64,000 nucleotides of DNA from Octopus sinensis (GCF_006345805.1 NC_043003.1:49352001-49416000), one strand, 5' to 3'; positions 38,821 to 50,171 are shown, numbered from the stretch's first letter. Numbers and translations: made by a program. Notes: generated by a model not told the origin, from the sequence alone.

Positions 38821-39459
38821 CACAACACTTCAGCTCGTCTTAACTCAGTTCATTCACAGCTTTTTCAGTCGTCATCCTTCTTCATTACTTCAAACTTCCC
38901 AATAAACACTTCGCTAATCTCTTCTACTCTCAACTGTATCCCCTCTAGAACTCCTTACATTTGACGTTGCTTTCCAAGAGGAATGAACTTATAGAAGATT
39001 CACAAACTGTGACCTGCAGGACTTTGTCAATGGTATACAACAAAATAGGTGCCTTAAAATTTCTTTTAGTAGTACAGCCTGCACTACATGAGCTACGACT
39101 TATGCGGCCAATTTCTCGAAAAAGTTCGCCCATGTCTACTATAGATGTTTCTATGAATGCAAACCGTCTAGAAGGACCAGCTAAGGTTATAGATGTCATT
39201 ACGCATATGACAAAATAATAAAAAGGAAAACTCAACATTTCTTTTTTCTGTTATTTTGTTTCCTTGTGTTCACATCATTAAATTTTCTCCTACTGATCTT
39301 AACAGAAACCTCATCACACGAGTATTCATCGTTCAATCATTGCATCGTTGAAGTGAAGTGACAAGCAGTATTTGTGTGTATCTCTGCATGTAACTATGTG
39401 TGAATATGTGTGTGTATATACACACACATATGCTTAAGCATATGTGCCTCATATATTAT

Positions 39460-39501
<42 letters not shown>

Positions 39502-40299
39502 ATAATATATATATATATATACACATATACATACATATATATATATATATGTACACAAACTCACACACACATGTTCAGCCACTAATTCTTGCACATATAT
39601 TTATATATATCCGTATGTGTGTGCATGTTTATATCTATATATACTGTATGTGTGTGTATACATAGCCAAATGATTGAAACTAGTAAAGAATAAAATAATA
39701 CATACATGCATACATAGTACTTACATACATATATACATACATACATGCACACACACACACACACACACACAGAAAGACACAGATAGACATAAACCGGCTC
39801 TTTCTCTATTGGCAAGAAGTCTTGAAATAAAACTGAACAATGACATACATACATACAAACAAACATACATACATACATACATGCATGCATGCATACATAC
39901 ATACATACATACATACATACATACATACATACATACATACATACATGCACGCATACATAGAAGCCGGACCTTGTGACTCACCATTATTTGAATATAATAT
40001 ATTTCTGTAAACTGAAATATATTATTAATGTGTGTATCGTATAAAAAAGCAATGCGGAAGAAAAAGAAAAAAATAATGGAACACTTTGTCCAAAATGTGA
40101 GCAATTCCTTTGCTAAACAGACTAAATTAACAAGCTGTGTGCTTTCTACTGAATCAATTCTTACATGTAAAAGCCATCTTTGTCTTCTCGGTTCTGGAGA
40201 TTATATCTTGTATATAATATATATTTGCAGACAGTTTGTACTGCAGGACATATATTCTCTCTCACAGTAGTCAACTGGAGATGGTTAAGATGCTGGTAC

Positions 40300-40552
40300 C
40301 TTGTTTTCTTCTTTCATTTGTTTCAGTCATTAGACTGAAACATGCGGCCATACTGGGGCACCACCTTGAAGGGCATTAGTAGAATGGATCGACTCAAGTA
40401 CTTATTTTAATGTTTGGTACTTATTCTATCTGTCTCTTTTGCCGAACCGCTAGGTTTCAGGGACACAAACACGCCAACACCGGTTGTGAAGTGGAGGTGG
40501 GGGGGGGGACAAACACGGATACAAAGACACACATATAAATATCTATCTACAC

Positions 40553-40585
<33 letters not shown>

Positions 40586-41110
40586 CATACATGCATGCAT
40601 GCATACATACATACATGCATACATACATGCATACATGCATGCATACATACATGCATTCATACATGCATACATACATACATATATATACATACATACATGT
40701 ATGTATGTATATAAAGTTAATCCAAACATGAAAACACAACAACGCGAGGACGTGGAACAAATATAGTATTATTGGACACTCAGGATGGAAGGGAAGACGG
40801 AGGGAAAAAAATCGCCAACGGTACACACGCGGTCACATTTTGAATGACCGGAAGGAAATGGGTATACGACAGGTTTCTTTCAGTTTCCGTCGACCAAATC
40901 CACTCATAAGGCTTTGACCGACTCGTGACTATAGTAGAAGACACTCGCCCAAGGTGGCACGCAGTGGGACTGAACTCGGAACCATGTGGCTAAGAAGCAA
41001 GCTTCTAACCACACAGTCGTGCCTGCGTCCATACACACACACACACACGATGGGTTTCTATCAGTTTCTATTGGGAAGCAAGCTTCTTACCACACAGTCA
41101 CGCCTGCGCC
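40300..41110 (-). mobile_element. CORE-type SINE interrupted in its internal microsatellite, with a duplicated head
   Basis: Tail at 40300-40530, head at 40860-41017 and a second head piece at 41070-41110. An unrelated ~165-bp sequence (40690-40855) lies in between. Confidence 0.7.
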
Positions 41111-41203
41111 TATATTTCCTATTTATTTCACTAGCCGTGTATAAAATTAAAATTATATTAAAAAAATGTTGCATAAAAAATGTGATACACTAGTTACAAA
41201 GAA

Positions 41204-41300
41204 GTGAGTAAAAAGTTCTTAGGAATTGATCGAAGTAGTTCAGTGTCGAGGCATCTACTTCATAGGGAAACAAGGTATGAGACGTTGTGGCACAGCAGTT
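41204..41300 (+). pseudogene. Possible degenerate mariner transposase HTH fragment
   Basis: KKFLGIDRSSSVSRHL resembles the mariner HTH2 consensus LGIDxSTVSRHL; nothing else is recognisable. Confidence 0.25.
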
Positions 41301-41649
41301 TTGGCGATGCCTATTTGGCGTCGTTGGTTCTGCCGGACTTATTTCACATCAAACACTATGTTTCCAGGGTCTTTTGGCACCGTGAAGATATTGTTTTGTT
41401 CTAGTCGACTACTAACTTGTTGTTGCCAACTACTAAACTGCTCGACTACTAAACTTTACTTAACTTTCTGCTTCTCTTAATCATAATGATGGTGATGATG
41501 ATGATGATGATGATAACGATGATGGTGTTGTTGTTTTTGTTGTTGTTGGTGGTGGTGGTGGAAATGATGATGATGGTAGTGGTTGTCACGGTGACAGCGG
41601 AAGTGGTGAATGTGTGGTGGTGTTAGTGATGATTACGATCGTGGTGGTG

Positions 41650-41852
41650 GGGATACTCTTTTACTTGTTTCAGTCATTTGACTGCGGCCATGCTGGAGCA
41701 CCGCCTTTAGTCGAGCAAATCGACCCAGGACTTATTCTATCGGTGTCTTTCGCCGAACCGCTAAGTTACGGGGACGTAAACACACCAGCATTGGTTGTCA
41801 AGCGATGTGGACACACACACACACACATACATACACACATACATGCATGCAT

Positions 41853-41947
<95 letters not shown>

Positions 41948-41997
41948 GACGGGCTTCTTTCAGCTTCCGTCTACCAAATCCACCCACAAGGCTTTGG
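41650..41997 (-). mobile_element. CORE-type SINE, 5'-truncated
   Basis: Tail and part of the body are colinear with other copies. Confidence 0.8.
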
Positions 41998-43199
41998 GAT
42001 GATGATAACGATGATGATATTGATGATGATGTTGATGATGATAATGATGATGAGAGCGGTGGTGTAGATGATACAATCTCCTCTGTTACAGTAGAATCCC
42101 TGTCAAGGACCAAACGAAAAACAAGCCCGCAAATCACCCGTTCAAATGCCGCTCTCCAGCTGTCATTGACTGACCCTCAGGTGATTACTTCCAAGCAGCT
42201 CCCGTTCACTCTTGACATTTTCGCAACCCTCACAATCAACAATTCAACTTGGAATACTTCTTTTTATGTTTTATTCATTTTTATTCATTTATATTCATTT
42301 GTTTGTTTATTTTGCTGATGATGTCACCAACGGTTTTAGGCGAATTATTCATGTCATCATACACAATCTTATGATTTTTCTAACTCATTATTACTAACCA
42401 GTGTCCTCCGAATATTTGCTATAAAGCAACATTTGTATGTATGCGCATGTATCCAGTGTTTAGACAGATGCATAGATGAGCTCGTGTGTGTGTTGAATAT
42501 CAGTTAATAATTAACTCAGCTTTCCTATTTTCTCCTTCATAGATTCAGCATTGTCATTTCCCTTATCATCACCACCACCACCACCATCATCACCCTCACC
42601 ACCATCATCATCATTATTATTATTATTATTATTATTAACGTTCTTCATCAGGCACAATTCTTCTTCGTCTATCTCATTTTATTTCTTTCACTCGTTCTCT
42701 CCCGCTCTCTCTCCTCCTTCTTTCTCTCTCTTCTCTCTCTCTCTCTCTATTTCTCTCTTCACCGTCTCTCGACTTCTCTTTCTCTCTTTTTCTCTCGATT
42801 TCCCTCTTTCCACTTTTTCTCTCCTCCTCCTCTTTCTTTTCTTGCTCATTATCTCGTCAGCACCAGCGCACTGTGGCTAAATTAAACTTGAAACTTTTAA
42901 TTAAATTTAACCACCTGATTGAGCGAAATTTCTTTGCAGACTCTAAAATAATTAAACACACACGCATGCGTGTACACACGCGCTTATAATCTCTCCTTAT
43001 ATTCATCATGATAAATTCATATTCCCTCGCTGCAAACTGTCCTCATAGCATTTCTTTGTCTAATTACGATTTTTTTTCTCCTTTTCCTTCGCCATCATCA
43101 TCATCATCATCGTCGTCGTCGTCGTCGTCATCATTATCATCATCTAGCTCTCTCAATTTCTTACTCTTACTCTTCCTCTGTATCTGTCTGCTTATGTGC

Positions 43200-43230
<31 letters not shown>

Positions 43231-43749
43231 TGTATGTATGTATGTATGTATGTATGTATGTATGTATGCATGCATATATGTATGTATGTCTATATGTGTG
43301 TGTATGTATGTATATATAAGTATGTATTTGTGTGTGTATGTGTAAACATATATATACACATATATTAAATATATACATATTTACCTATCTTGTCCTCTCT
43401 CTCATGCTCTCTCTGTTTACAGAACTGTGCATCTGTCTGTCTATCTTTCTCTCTGGCTGTCTCTGTCTGTCTATGATATATATACATATATGTGTGTATA
43501 AATATATGTGTGTGTGTGTGTGTGTGTGTTTGTATGTCATTATTTTGAATGCAACAGCTGCAGTTATTACTAGAAATGAAAGAAATTATCTTTGACAAAA
43601 AAAAGTGAACATAAAAATATTGTTTATTCGATTTCTATGAAACTAACCCATTTTATATATACGCGCCATATTCACATGCTACACATTCTTTCTTAAATAC
43701 ATATACCATTTGTGCACATACTTAAGAAACGCATACACATATACAATAA

Positions 43750-43980
43750 GGCGGCGAGCTGGCAGAGACGTTAGCACGCCGAGCGAAATGCGTAGCCGTA
43801 TTTCGTCTGCCGTTACGTTCTGAGTTCAAATTCCTCCGAGGTCGACTTTGCCTTTCATCCTTTCGGGGTTGATAAATTAAGTACCAGTTACGCACTGGAG
43901 TCGATGTAATCGACTTAATCCGTTTGTCTGTCCTTGTTTGTCCCCTCTGTGTTTAGCCCCTTGTGGGTAGTAAAGAAATA
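43750..43980 (+). mobile_element. Family M SINE, complete monomer
   Basis: Near-identical to 1813-2040 and 50172-50402. Confidence 0.92.
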
Positions 43981-44143
43981 GAAACACATACACACATACA
44001 TACACACCACATACACATAGATATGTTTGCATTTACACACACACACACACACACACATATATACGCTTTAACTTTTTAACTCTTTGGCTTGTTTCAGCGC
44101 TTTAAAGTTGCGTTCATGCTGGGGCACTACCGTTGGCTGTGCT

Positions 44144-44424
44144 ACCCTCTCATTATTTGAAACTTCCTCTGATGTGTGGTATTTTGGTGAATGAGGGAGT
44201 TTGATGTTGCTGTCCTCATCTGTGTTTCCTGTCGTGACGAGGGTTCATAGGGAACTCTTGACAGGAAGAGATCCAGGTTCGTTTTCAAGACACATCCACA
44301 CCATGCAGGTCTCTCAGACATTTTTTGAGTAATGTTGAAGAACTGTGAGCCCTTGAAACCCAAGCTGTTGCAGTATCTCGTCATGTATTTTGATAGCAAT
44401 GTTGGGATCTTTTGGCACTTTCTG

Positions 44425-44428
<4 letters not shown>
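44144..44428 (-). pseudogene. LINE ORF2 C-terminal remnant (CR1/L2-group-like)
   Basis: TRYCNSLGFKG.QFFN...LKTNLDLFLSRVPYEP...RTATSNSLIHQ resembles the GxxLFN...FKxxLDxFLxxVPDEP...SNSL tail of CR1/L2-group LINEs; frameshifted. Confidence 0.65.
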
Positions 44429-44458
<30 letters not shown>

Positions 44459-44546
44459 TCACAATTATGAGGATGTAATTTCTTCGTAAGGGATTGTTGA
44501 TAACAATGCAGATGCCAACTGGTTTTATCAAATATATTGAAAGAAA

Positions 44547-44625
<79 letters not shown>

Positions 44626-44720
44626 GGAGTAAACACATAAATGTGAAACAAGGTGGAAAAAAGAGTACTCAAATACCAGTGGTAGAGTAATATGCTTTAT
44701 TTTAAGTAGCAGAAAATTCA

Positions 44721-44772
44721 ACAAAATCTGTTACTCTGAGTTTCTCGTTCCCGTTCATCAGACAGTTTTTGC
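44721..44772 (-). ncRNA. Type I hammerhead ribozyme (GUA triplet)
   Basis: Minus strand GCAAAAACTGT-CTGATGA-A-CG-GGAA-CG-A-GAAA-CTCAGAGT-A-ACAGATTTTGT: stem I 10/11 bp, GNRA-capped stem II, near-palindromic stem III. A.A replaces the usual 10.1/11.1 pair. Confidence 0.75.
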
Positions 44773-44779
44773 CATTCTA

Positions 44780-44833
44780 GCAAAAACTGTCTGATGAACG
44801 GCAACGAGAAACTCAGAGAGTAACAGATTTTGT
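44780..44833 (+). ncRNA. Type I hammerhead ribozyme (GUA triplet)
   Basis: GCAAAAACTGT-CTGATGA(44791-44797)-A-CG-GCAA-CG-A-GAAA(44808-44811)-CTC-AGA-GAGT-A17(44822)-ACAGATTTTGT. Confidence 0.75.
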
Positions 44834-44858
44834 TGAATTTTCTGCTGCTTAAAATAAA

Positions 44859-44902
<44 letters not shown>

Positions 44903-45187
44903 AATAATGAAGGGTGAAATTAATTAATTTGGAATAATTATCAATTACACCAAGTAGTCTTCGGCATGTAAAAGCCTCATTCGAGGAAAATTTAAGTAAT
45001 ACTAAGCAATAAAGGGTTTAGCAACGAATTGCCTTACCACATACCGAATTTAGAAATAGCAGTCAAAGAGTTATAGCTATTTCTTCTACTAAAAAGGGAG
45101 ATCTCAGTAAAAACAGCAATTGGAAGGCAGACACAAACAGGTAAGAGAGAATGAATTGACGGCAATCTATCATACAATTTTAAGTTA

Positions 45188-45287
45188 TCTACGGACGTAC
45201 GTTTCGAAATCAAGTTTTTATGAAAGCATAAGAATTAAATATTAAATAATTCTATCTCACCAAAACTTCTTTTCTCTTCAGCGTAGA
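45188..45287 (-). ncRNA. Type I hammerhead ribozyme, canonical core (GUC triplet)
   Basis: Reverse-complement copy of 45753-45852, with one substitution in stem II. Confidence 0.88.
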
Positions 45288-45752
45288 ATACTATAATCAT
45301 AAATGATTATATATTGAATTTTGAGATACTAGAAGGCACCAACTCAACTCAGTATCAGAGCGAGCTAGAATCCGCAACTAGTATCACCAAATTCAATGTG
45401 TGAATGAAAAGATTGTGTCACGTTGCTAAACCCTTTATTGCTTAGTATTACTTAAATTTTCCTCGAATGAGGCTTTTACATGCCGAAGACTACTTGGTGT
45501 AATTGATAATTATTCCAAATTAATTAATTTCACCCTTCATTATTACGGATAACCATATTTTATCTCAGTAGATGACCACAGCATCTTGTTTTGGCTACAC
45601 GCGGGTGGGAAGGGGCTGGTGACACAATCTTTTCATTCACACATTGAATTTGGTGATACTAGTTGCGGATTCTAGCTCGCTCTGATATTGAGTTGAGTTG
45701 GTGCCTTCTAGTATCTCAAAATTCAATATATAATCATTTATGATTATAGTAT

Positions 45753-45852
45753 TCTACGCTGAAGAGAAAAGAAGTTTTGGTGAGATAGAATTATTTAATA
45801 TTTAATTCTTATGCTTTCCTAAAAACTTGATTTCGAAACGTACGTCCGTAGA
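45753..45852 (+). ncRNA. Type I hammerhead ribozyme, canonical core (GUC triplet)
   Basis: Stem I TCTACG 45753-45758 / CGTAGA 45847-45852; CTGAAGA 45759-45765; long stem II (GAAA/TTTC, AAGTTTT/AAAACTT, AGAATTA/TAATTCT); GAAA 45835-45838; palindromic ACGTACGT 45838-45845; C17=45846. Confidence 0.9.
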
Positions 45853-46037
45853 TAACTTAAAATTGTATGATAGATTGCCGTCAATTCATTCTCTCTTACC
45901 TGTTTGTGTCTGCCTTCCAATTGCTGTTTTTACTGAGATCTCCCTTTTTAGTAGAAGAAATAGCTATAACTCTTTGACTGCTATTTCTAAATTCGGTATG
46001 TGGTAAGGCAATTCGTTGCTAAACCCTTTATTGCTTA

Positions 46038-46086
<49 letters not shown>

Positions 46087-46276
46087 GTGTGTGTGTGTGT
46101 GTATAAACAGATTCATTAATTTTAAAGTTAATGAAAGAAAATGGAGAAGAAAAAATATTTAATAGATGCTTGGTTAATTTTATTTATATCACAATGGAAA
46201 AGTAATGCAAAGTAAAAGTGATACTTATATGGATAAATGGAACTGGATCAACAAAGCAACCAAAAAATATCCGAAA

Positions 46277-46375
46277 AAGCCTACAGGTGTTTCAACCCGA
46301 CAGTATGTTTGAATCATCAACATTCGAACGGTTATAGATGTAATAAACCAAATATGGCTGGGTATCTTCAGGAAA
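46277..46375 (-). ncRNA. Hammerhead-like motif, weak stems
   Basis: Minus strand CTGAAGA (46371-46365), ACCC/GGGT stem II, GAAA (46293-46290), ACACCTGT and GUA (A17=46282). Stem I is only 2 bp. Confidence 0.45.
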
Positions 46376-47239
46376 AATTAAGTATATTTTCCGGTCTTGA
46401 ATTACGAAATAACTAATTTGAGGACTGTATTTAGTAATTTTCAAATGTAAACAACAACTTATTAAGACACGGTGTGCATGTGATTAGATACCGATCGTTG
46501 AAATGTTACTAAAACACCAAATGCATTAAAAAAATATATTGCTGCAGATACAGCACGAAATTTTGTCAGTGAACAGGTCGCGGTCTCCAAGAGACGAAAA
46601 TATTTTGGCAAATTAAATTTAAATGTTGAAGTGAATCTAACGGTTTTTGTGTGTGTTTAAATGGCTTATAAACACTTTCCACGCTGCAATTGTTTTTATT
46701 TCAGTACACGATCTTCAGATCAGGTCACTTGCTATGCAAGTACATCTCCGTAATATATTTATAATATATTCATAAAAGTTTATGGGAGGAAGATGGGATA
46801 AACCAAATGTAACTAATCATGAGGGGTGTTATATACGAAAAATTAGATTGAGAAATATGAATAAAGAAGAGATGAAAAGTTTGTTTATATATTTATGGAT
46901 GTGTTGTTACGAAGTTAGTTTCAAAACTATATAGTTTTAGGATCGACATTTTTGCTAAGCCTCGTCTACTGTAACCTCGAGTCTACGAAAGCCTTATGAG
47001 CGAAATTTCGTCGACGAAAATTGCGCGGAAGCCTATTAAAAGAGGCGTTTCTGTTTTGGGATGCTAGGCTTAATCCATAGCCTTCAATGCTGTTATCACG
47101 GCCCTGAATGCTATATGTATTATCTTACCTCGATTTAACTTTTAATAATATTTCCTTCAGCCTAAGGCGGCGAGCTGGCAGATACGTTAGCACACCGGGC
47201 GAAATGCGTAGCCGTATTTCGTCCACCGTGACGTCGTAC

Positions 47240-47440
47240 GGTCATTGTTCTAACGACCATACACAACTCAAAGAAGTTAGAGACTTCAAGTACCTTGGGT
47301 ATTATATTGCTCATAGTAGGAAAGACTTTCTGACTCGTAAGGGACTATCCTGGGGGTGCCTGTAACATGCTTCAAGATATACAGCAATCAAATATTTCGA
47401 ACAAACAAGATGAGAACAAAATATCCGTCAAATATTTCGA
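47240..47440 (+). pseudogene. RTE-like reverse transcriptase C-terminal fragment
   Basis: LKEVRDFKYLGYYIAHSRKDFLTRKGLSWG then, after a frameshift, ACNMLQDI. The FKYLG motif is shared with 5091-5430. Fused to a truncated family M SINE head (47166-47227). Confidence 0.7.
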
Positions 47441-47489
47441 AGTCAACAAAACACATATAATGAACGTATTTGTTAAATATGATAAAAGA

Positions 47490-47815
47490 GTAAGTAGCTT
47501 GCTAACCAACCACATGGTTCCGGGTTCAGTCCCACTGCGTGGCATCTTGGGCAAGTGTCTTCTGCTATAGCCCCGGGCCGACCAATGTCTTGTGAGTGGA
47601 TTTGGTAGACAGAAACTGAAAGAAGCCTGTCGTATATATGTATATATATATATGTGTGTGTCTGTGTTTGTCCCCCTAGCATTGCTTGACAACCGATGCT
47701 GGTGTGTTTACGTCCCCGTCACTTAGCGGTTCGGCAAAGTCGATTTGCTCGACTAAAGGCGGTGCTCCAGAATGGCCGCAGTCAAATGACTGAAACAAGT
47801 AAAAGAGAAAGAAAG
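47490..47815 (+). mobile_element. CORE-type SINE
   Basis: GGCATCTTGGGCAAGTGTCTTC core-like block, internal microsatellite and tail with internal deletion. Confidence 0.85.
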
Positions 47816-48179
47816 AGAGAGAGTATGTCATATAGATGAGCTGAACAAGTACTTTGTTGCGTGTTTGTTAAGTATGTTTTGTAAATGATTTAAATCTAAA
47901 TTAAGTATGTTATGCAAATGAGCTAAATGTTTTGTTTGTTAAGTATATTGTGTAAATGAGGCGTATTAGGTATAAGCTTTCTTTACTCTGTATTAAGTAA
48001 TCTTTAGCCGTTTGGAAGGGTGCATTCAATGAATTCGAATGAATTGTTAAATAAAAAGGAAATCCTTCAGTCGGGGCCTCATCCCAAGTTGCCGGAAAGG
48101 AGCTCGTGGGCCGAGTTTTACCGCCAGCCTTCAGATAAATGGGTAGGAATCCTTGCTCTTTTATCTTTATTTTATTCAT

Positions 48180-48555
48180 CTATTACTTGTTTCAGTCATT
48201 TGACTGCGGCCATGCTGGAGCACCGCCTTGAAGAATTTTTAGTCGAACAAATCTAACCCAGTACTTTTTATTTGTAAGCCTGGTACTAATTTCTTTTTTG
48301 CCGAACCGCTAAGTTACGGACACGTAAATAGTTGTCAAGCGGTGGTGGTGGGAACAAACACAGACACAAAGAAGCACATACACACACACACACACACCAC
48401 GAGCTTTTTTCAGTTTCCGTCTACCAAATACACTCACTAGCTTTGGTCAGCCCAAGGTTATAGTAGAAGACACTTTGCCTGAGGTGCCATGCCATGCGAT
48501 TGAACCCAGAACCATGTGATTGGAAAACAAGCTTCTTCTCACATAGCCACGTCAG
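48180..48555 (-). mobile_element. CORE-type SINE
   Basis: Colinear with other copies. Confidence 0.8.
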
Positions 48556-49457
48556 TATGCATATATTATGTATTTAGTTGTTCATGTATGCTTGTGTGAA
48601 AGGCATTCAATAAACTCACATTTATACATGCATATTCAAATACGGACGAGCGAACGAAAAAGCCTGCACGTAGTCACACTATCTGCTAGAAATAGCAACC
48701 AAACCAAAAATCTTCCTCAGATCCCAACCTTATGATCCCAATCATATCTTACACTGAACTGGTCATGGATGAAGCGCTTTTCATCAATGGCTCTCAAACC
48801 TTAAACTTTTAACATATAATTTAACGCTTCAAAAATCTATTCTAATGCTTGCGTGTCTTGAAAAACATATTAAATTATAATTTTGTTATACACAATTATG
48901 ATTATATTAAAACAAAGTAAACTCTAGTTTTCTAATTATTCATTATTTTTTTTTTTCGGAAATTTAAATTTTAAAACATTAAAAAAATATAAAAACAACT
49001 CTCCATTCGAAATGCGTCAGTAATTTCTAATTTAATGTCGAGTGTGCTACAAATTTCAAAGAGGCTGAGAGTCTTTTGTCTTTGATCGTAGGTCTGTCCG
49101 ATCAGAGATGACATGCAGCTGAATAACAACAGCAACAAAAAAAAAGAATATATAAAAAGACTCGTACAAAATAGATAAAACATGCACACAAATCATGTGT
49201 GTATGTGTGTGTGTGTGTGTGTGTGTGCACGTGTGTGAGCATGTGTGCGTGTGTGTATGAATGTGTGTGATGCAAATACAATGTTCAATAAAAACGAACA
49301 CAGGAGGGACAAGGGTTAACACATACGGTATTAGCTTAACGCTTTCATAGAAAAAGAGTGTGTAACGTTTTCGGTCATTAGTTTTTGATATAGTTTTTGA
49401 TATGTCTATGTGTGTCTTTGTGTTTGTATGTGCGCGTGTACGAACACACACACACAT

Positions 49458-49516
<59 letters not shown>

Positions 49517-50171
49517 TAAAACAGTACTTGGAGAAGAAGAAGAACGGAACGAAACGAACGAATCGAATCGAATCGACGCGAGGGCGCTGTCAAACAATAG
49601 TGTAATAAATAAAATATATGCATACATACAAACATATATGTACGTACCTACATCTATATGTACATATACATGCATATATAAATATATACGTAAGTACAGG
49701 ACACCGCAACTAGACTCAACGAGAAACGAAAACGGAAAAACAAGCATGGAACAAACCATTTTTTTACAACAGAAAAACAGAGTACAAGACAAACTGCACA
49801 AGGAAATATCCCCTTCATCAGCTGTCCCTAGTTCGACTCTAGCGTGTTTCGAAGGATATATATATATATATTTGTAATACATGGTTGAAGCTAAACTTCA
49901 GTGTTTTGTTCGTTTCTCTTTCTATTTTTGTCAATTGTAATATTGTAGCCAGGACGGTATCACGATACTGGCACATTACACAATTTCCTAGGAGCTCCAC
50001 GAGTTTGCGGGCCTAATGGTAATTTATGTAGGCTATGGTTTACTGTTAATAAACAGGGGGACCAAATAAAGAGCTTTGCCTGGAGCCCTTCAATTCTGTT
50101 ATCACGGCCTTGAATGCTATATGTATTTTCTTATCTCAATTTAACTTTTAATAATATTATTTCCAGACTAA

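Larger units (their letters stand above)
44624..44859. mobile_element. (TA)n-embedded fold-back element with two hammerheads (PLE pLTR-like)
   Basis: Arms 44695-44772 and 44780-44859 are inverted copies around a 7-nt loop (2 substitutions, one 2-nt indel). (TA)n flanks both sides. Confidence 0.8.
44897..46041. mobile_element. Inverted, partially tandem hammerhead-bearing element between (TA)n tracts (PLE/retrozyme-like)
   Basis: Layout A(44897-45026) B(45027-45420) A'(45421-45550) C(45551-45619) B'(45620-46013) a'(46014-46041), where primes are reverse complements. A and A' are identical; B and B' differ at 2 of 394 nt. Confidence 0.85.

Noticed and set aside
46695-46725. Minus-strand CTGAAGA-TCGTGTACT-GAAA; also CTGACGA at ~58917 and CTGATGA at ~29980
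   Set aside because: No stem II, stem III or NUH in register.
49795-49860. Minus-strand TCCTTC-GAAA...CTGATGA-AGGGGATA resembling a permuted (type II) hammerhead
   Set aside because: Stem II can pair, but I could not place an NUH triplet with both stems I and III. It may be a split remnant of a related family (compare CTAATGAAGGG at ~31860-31870).
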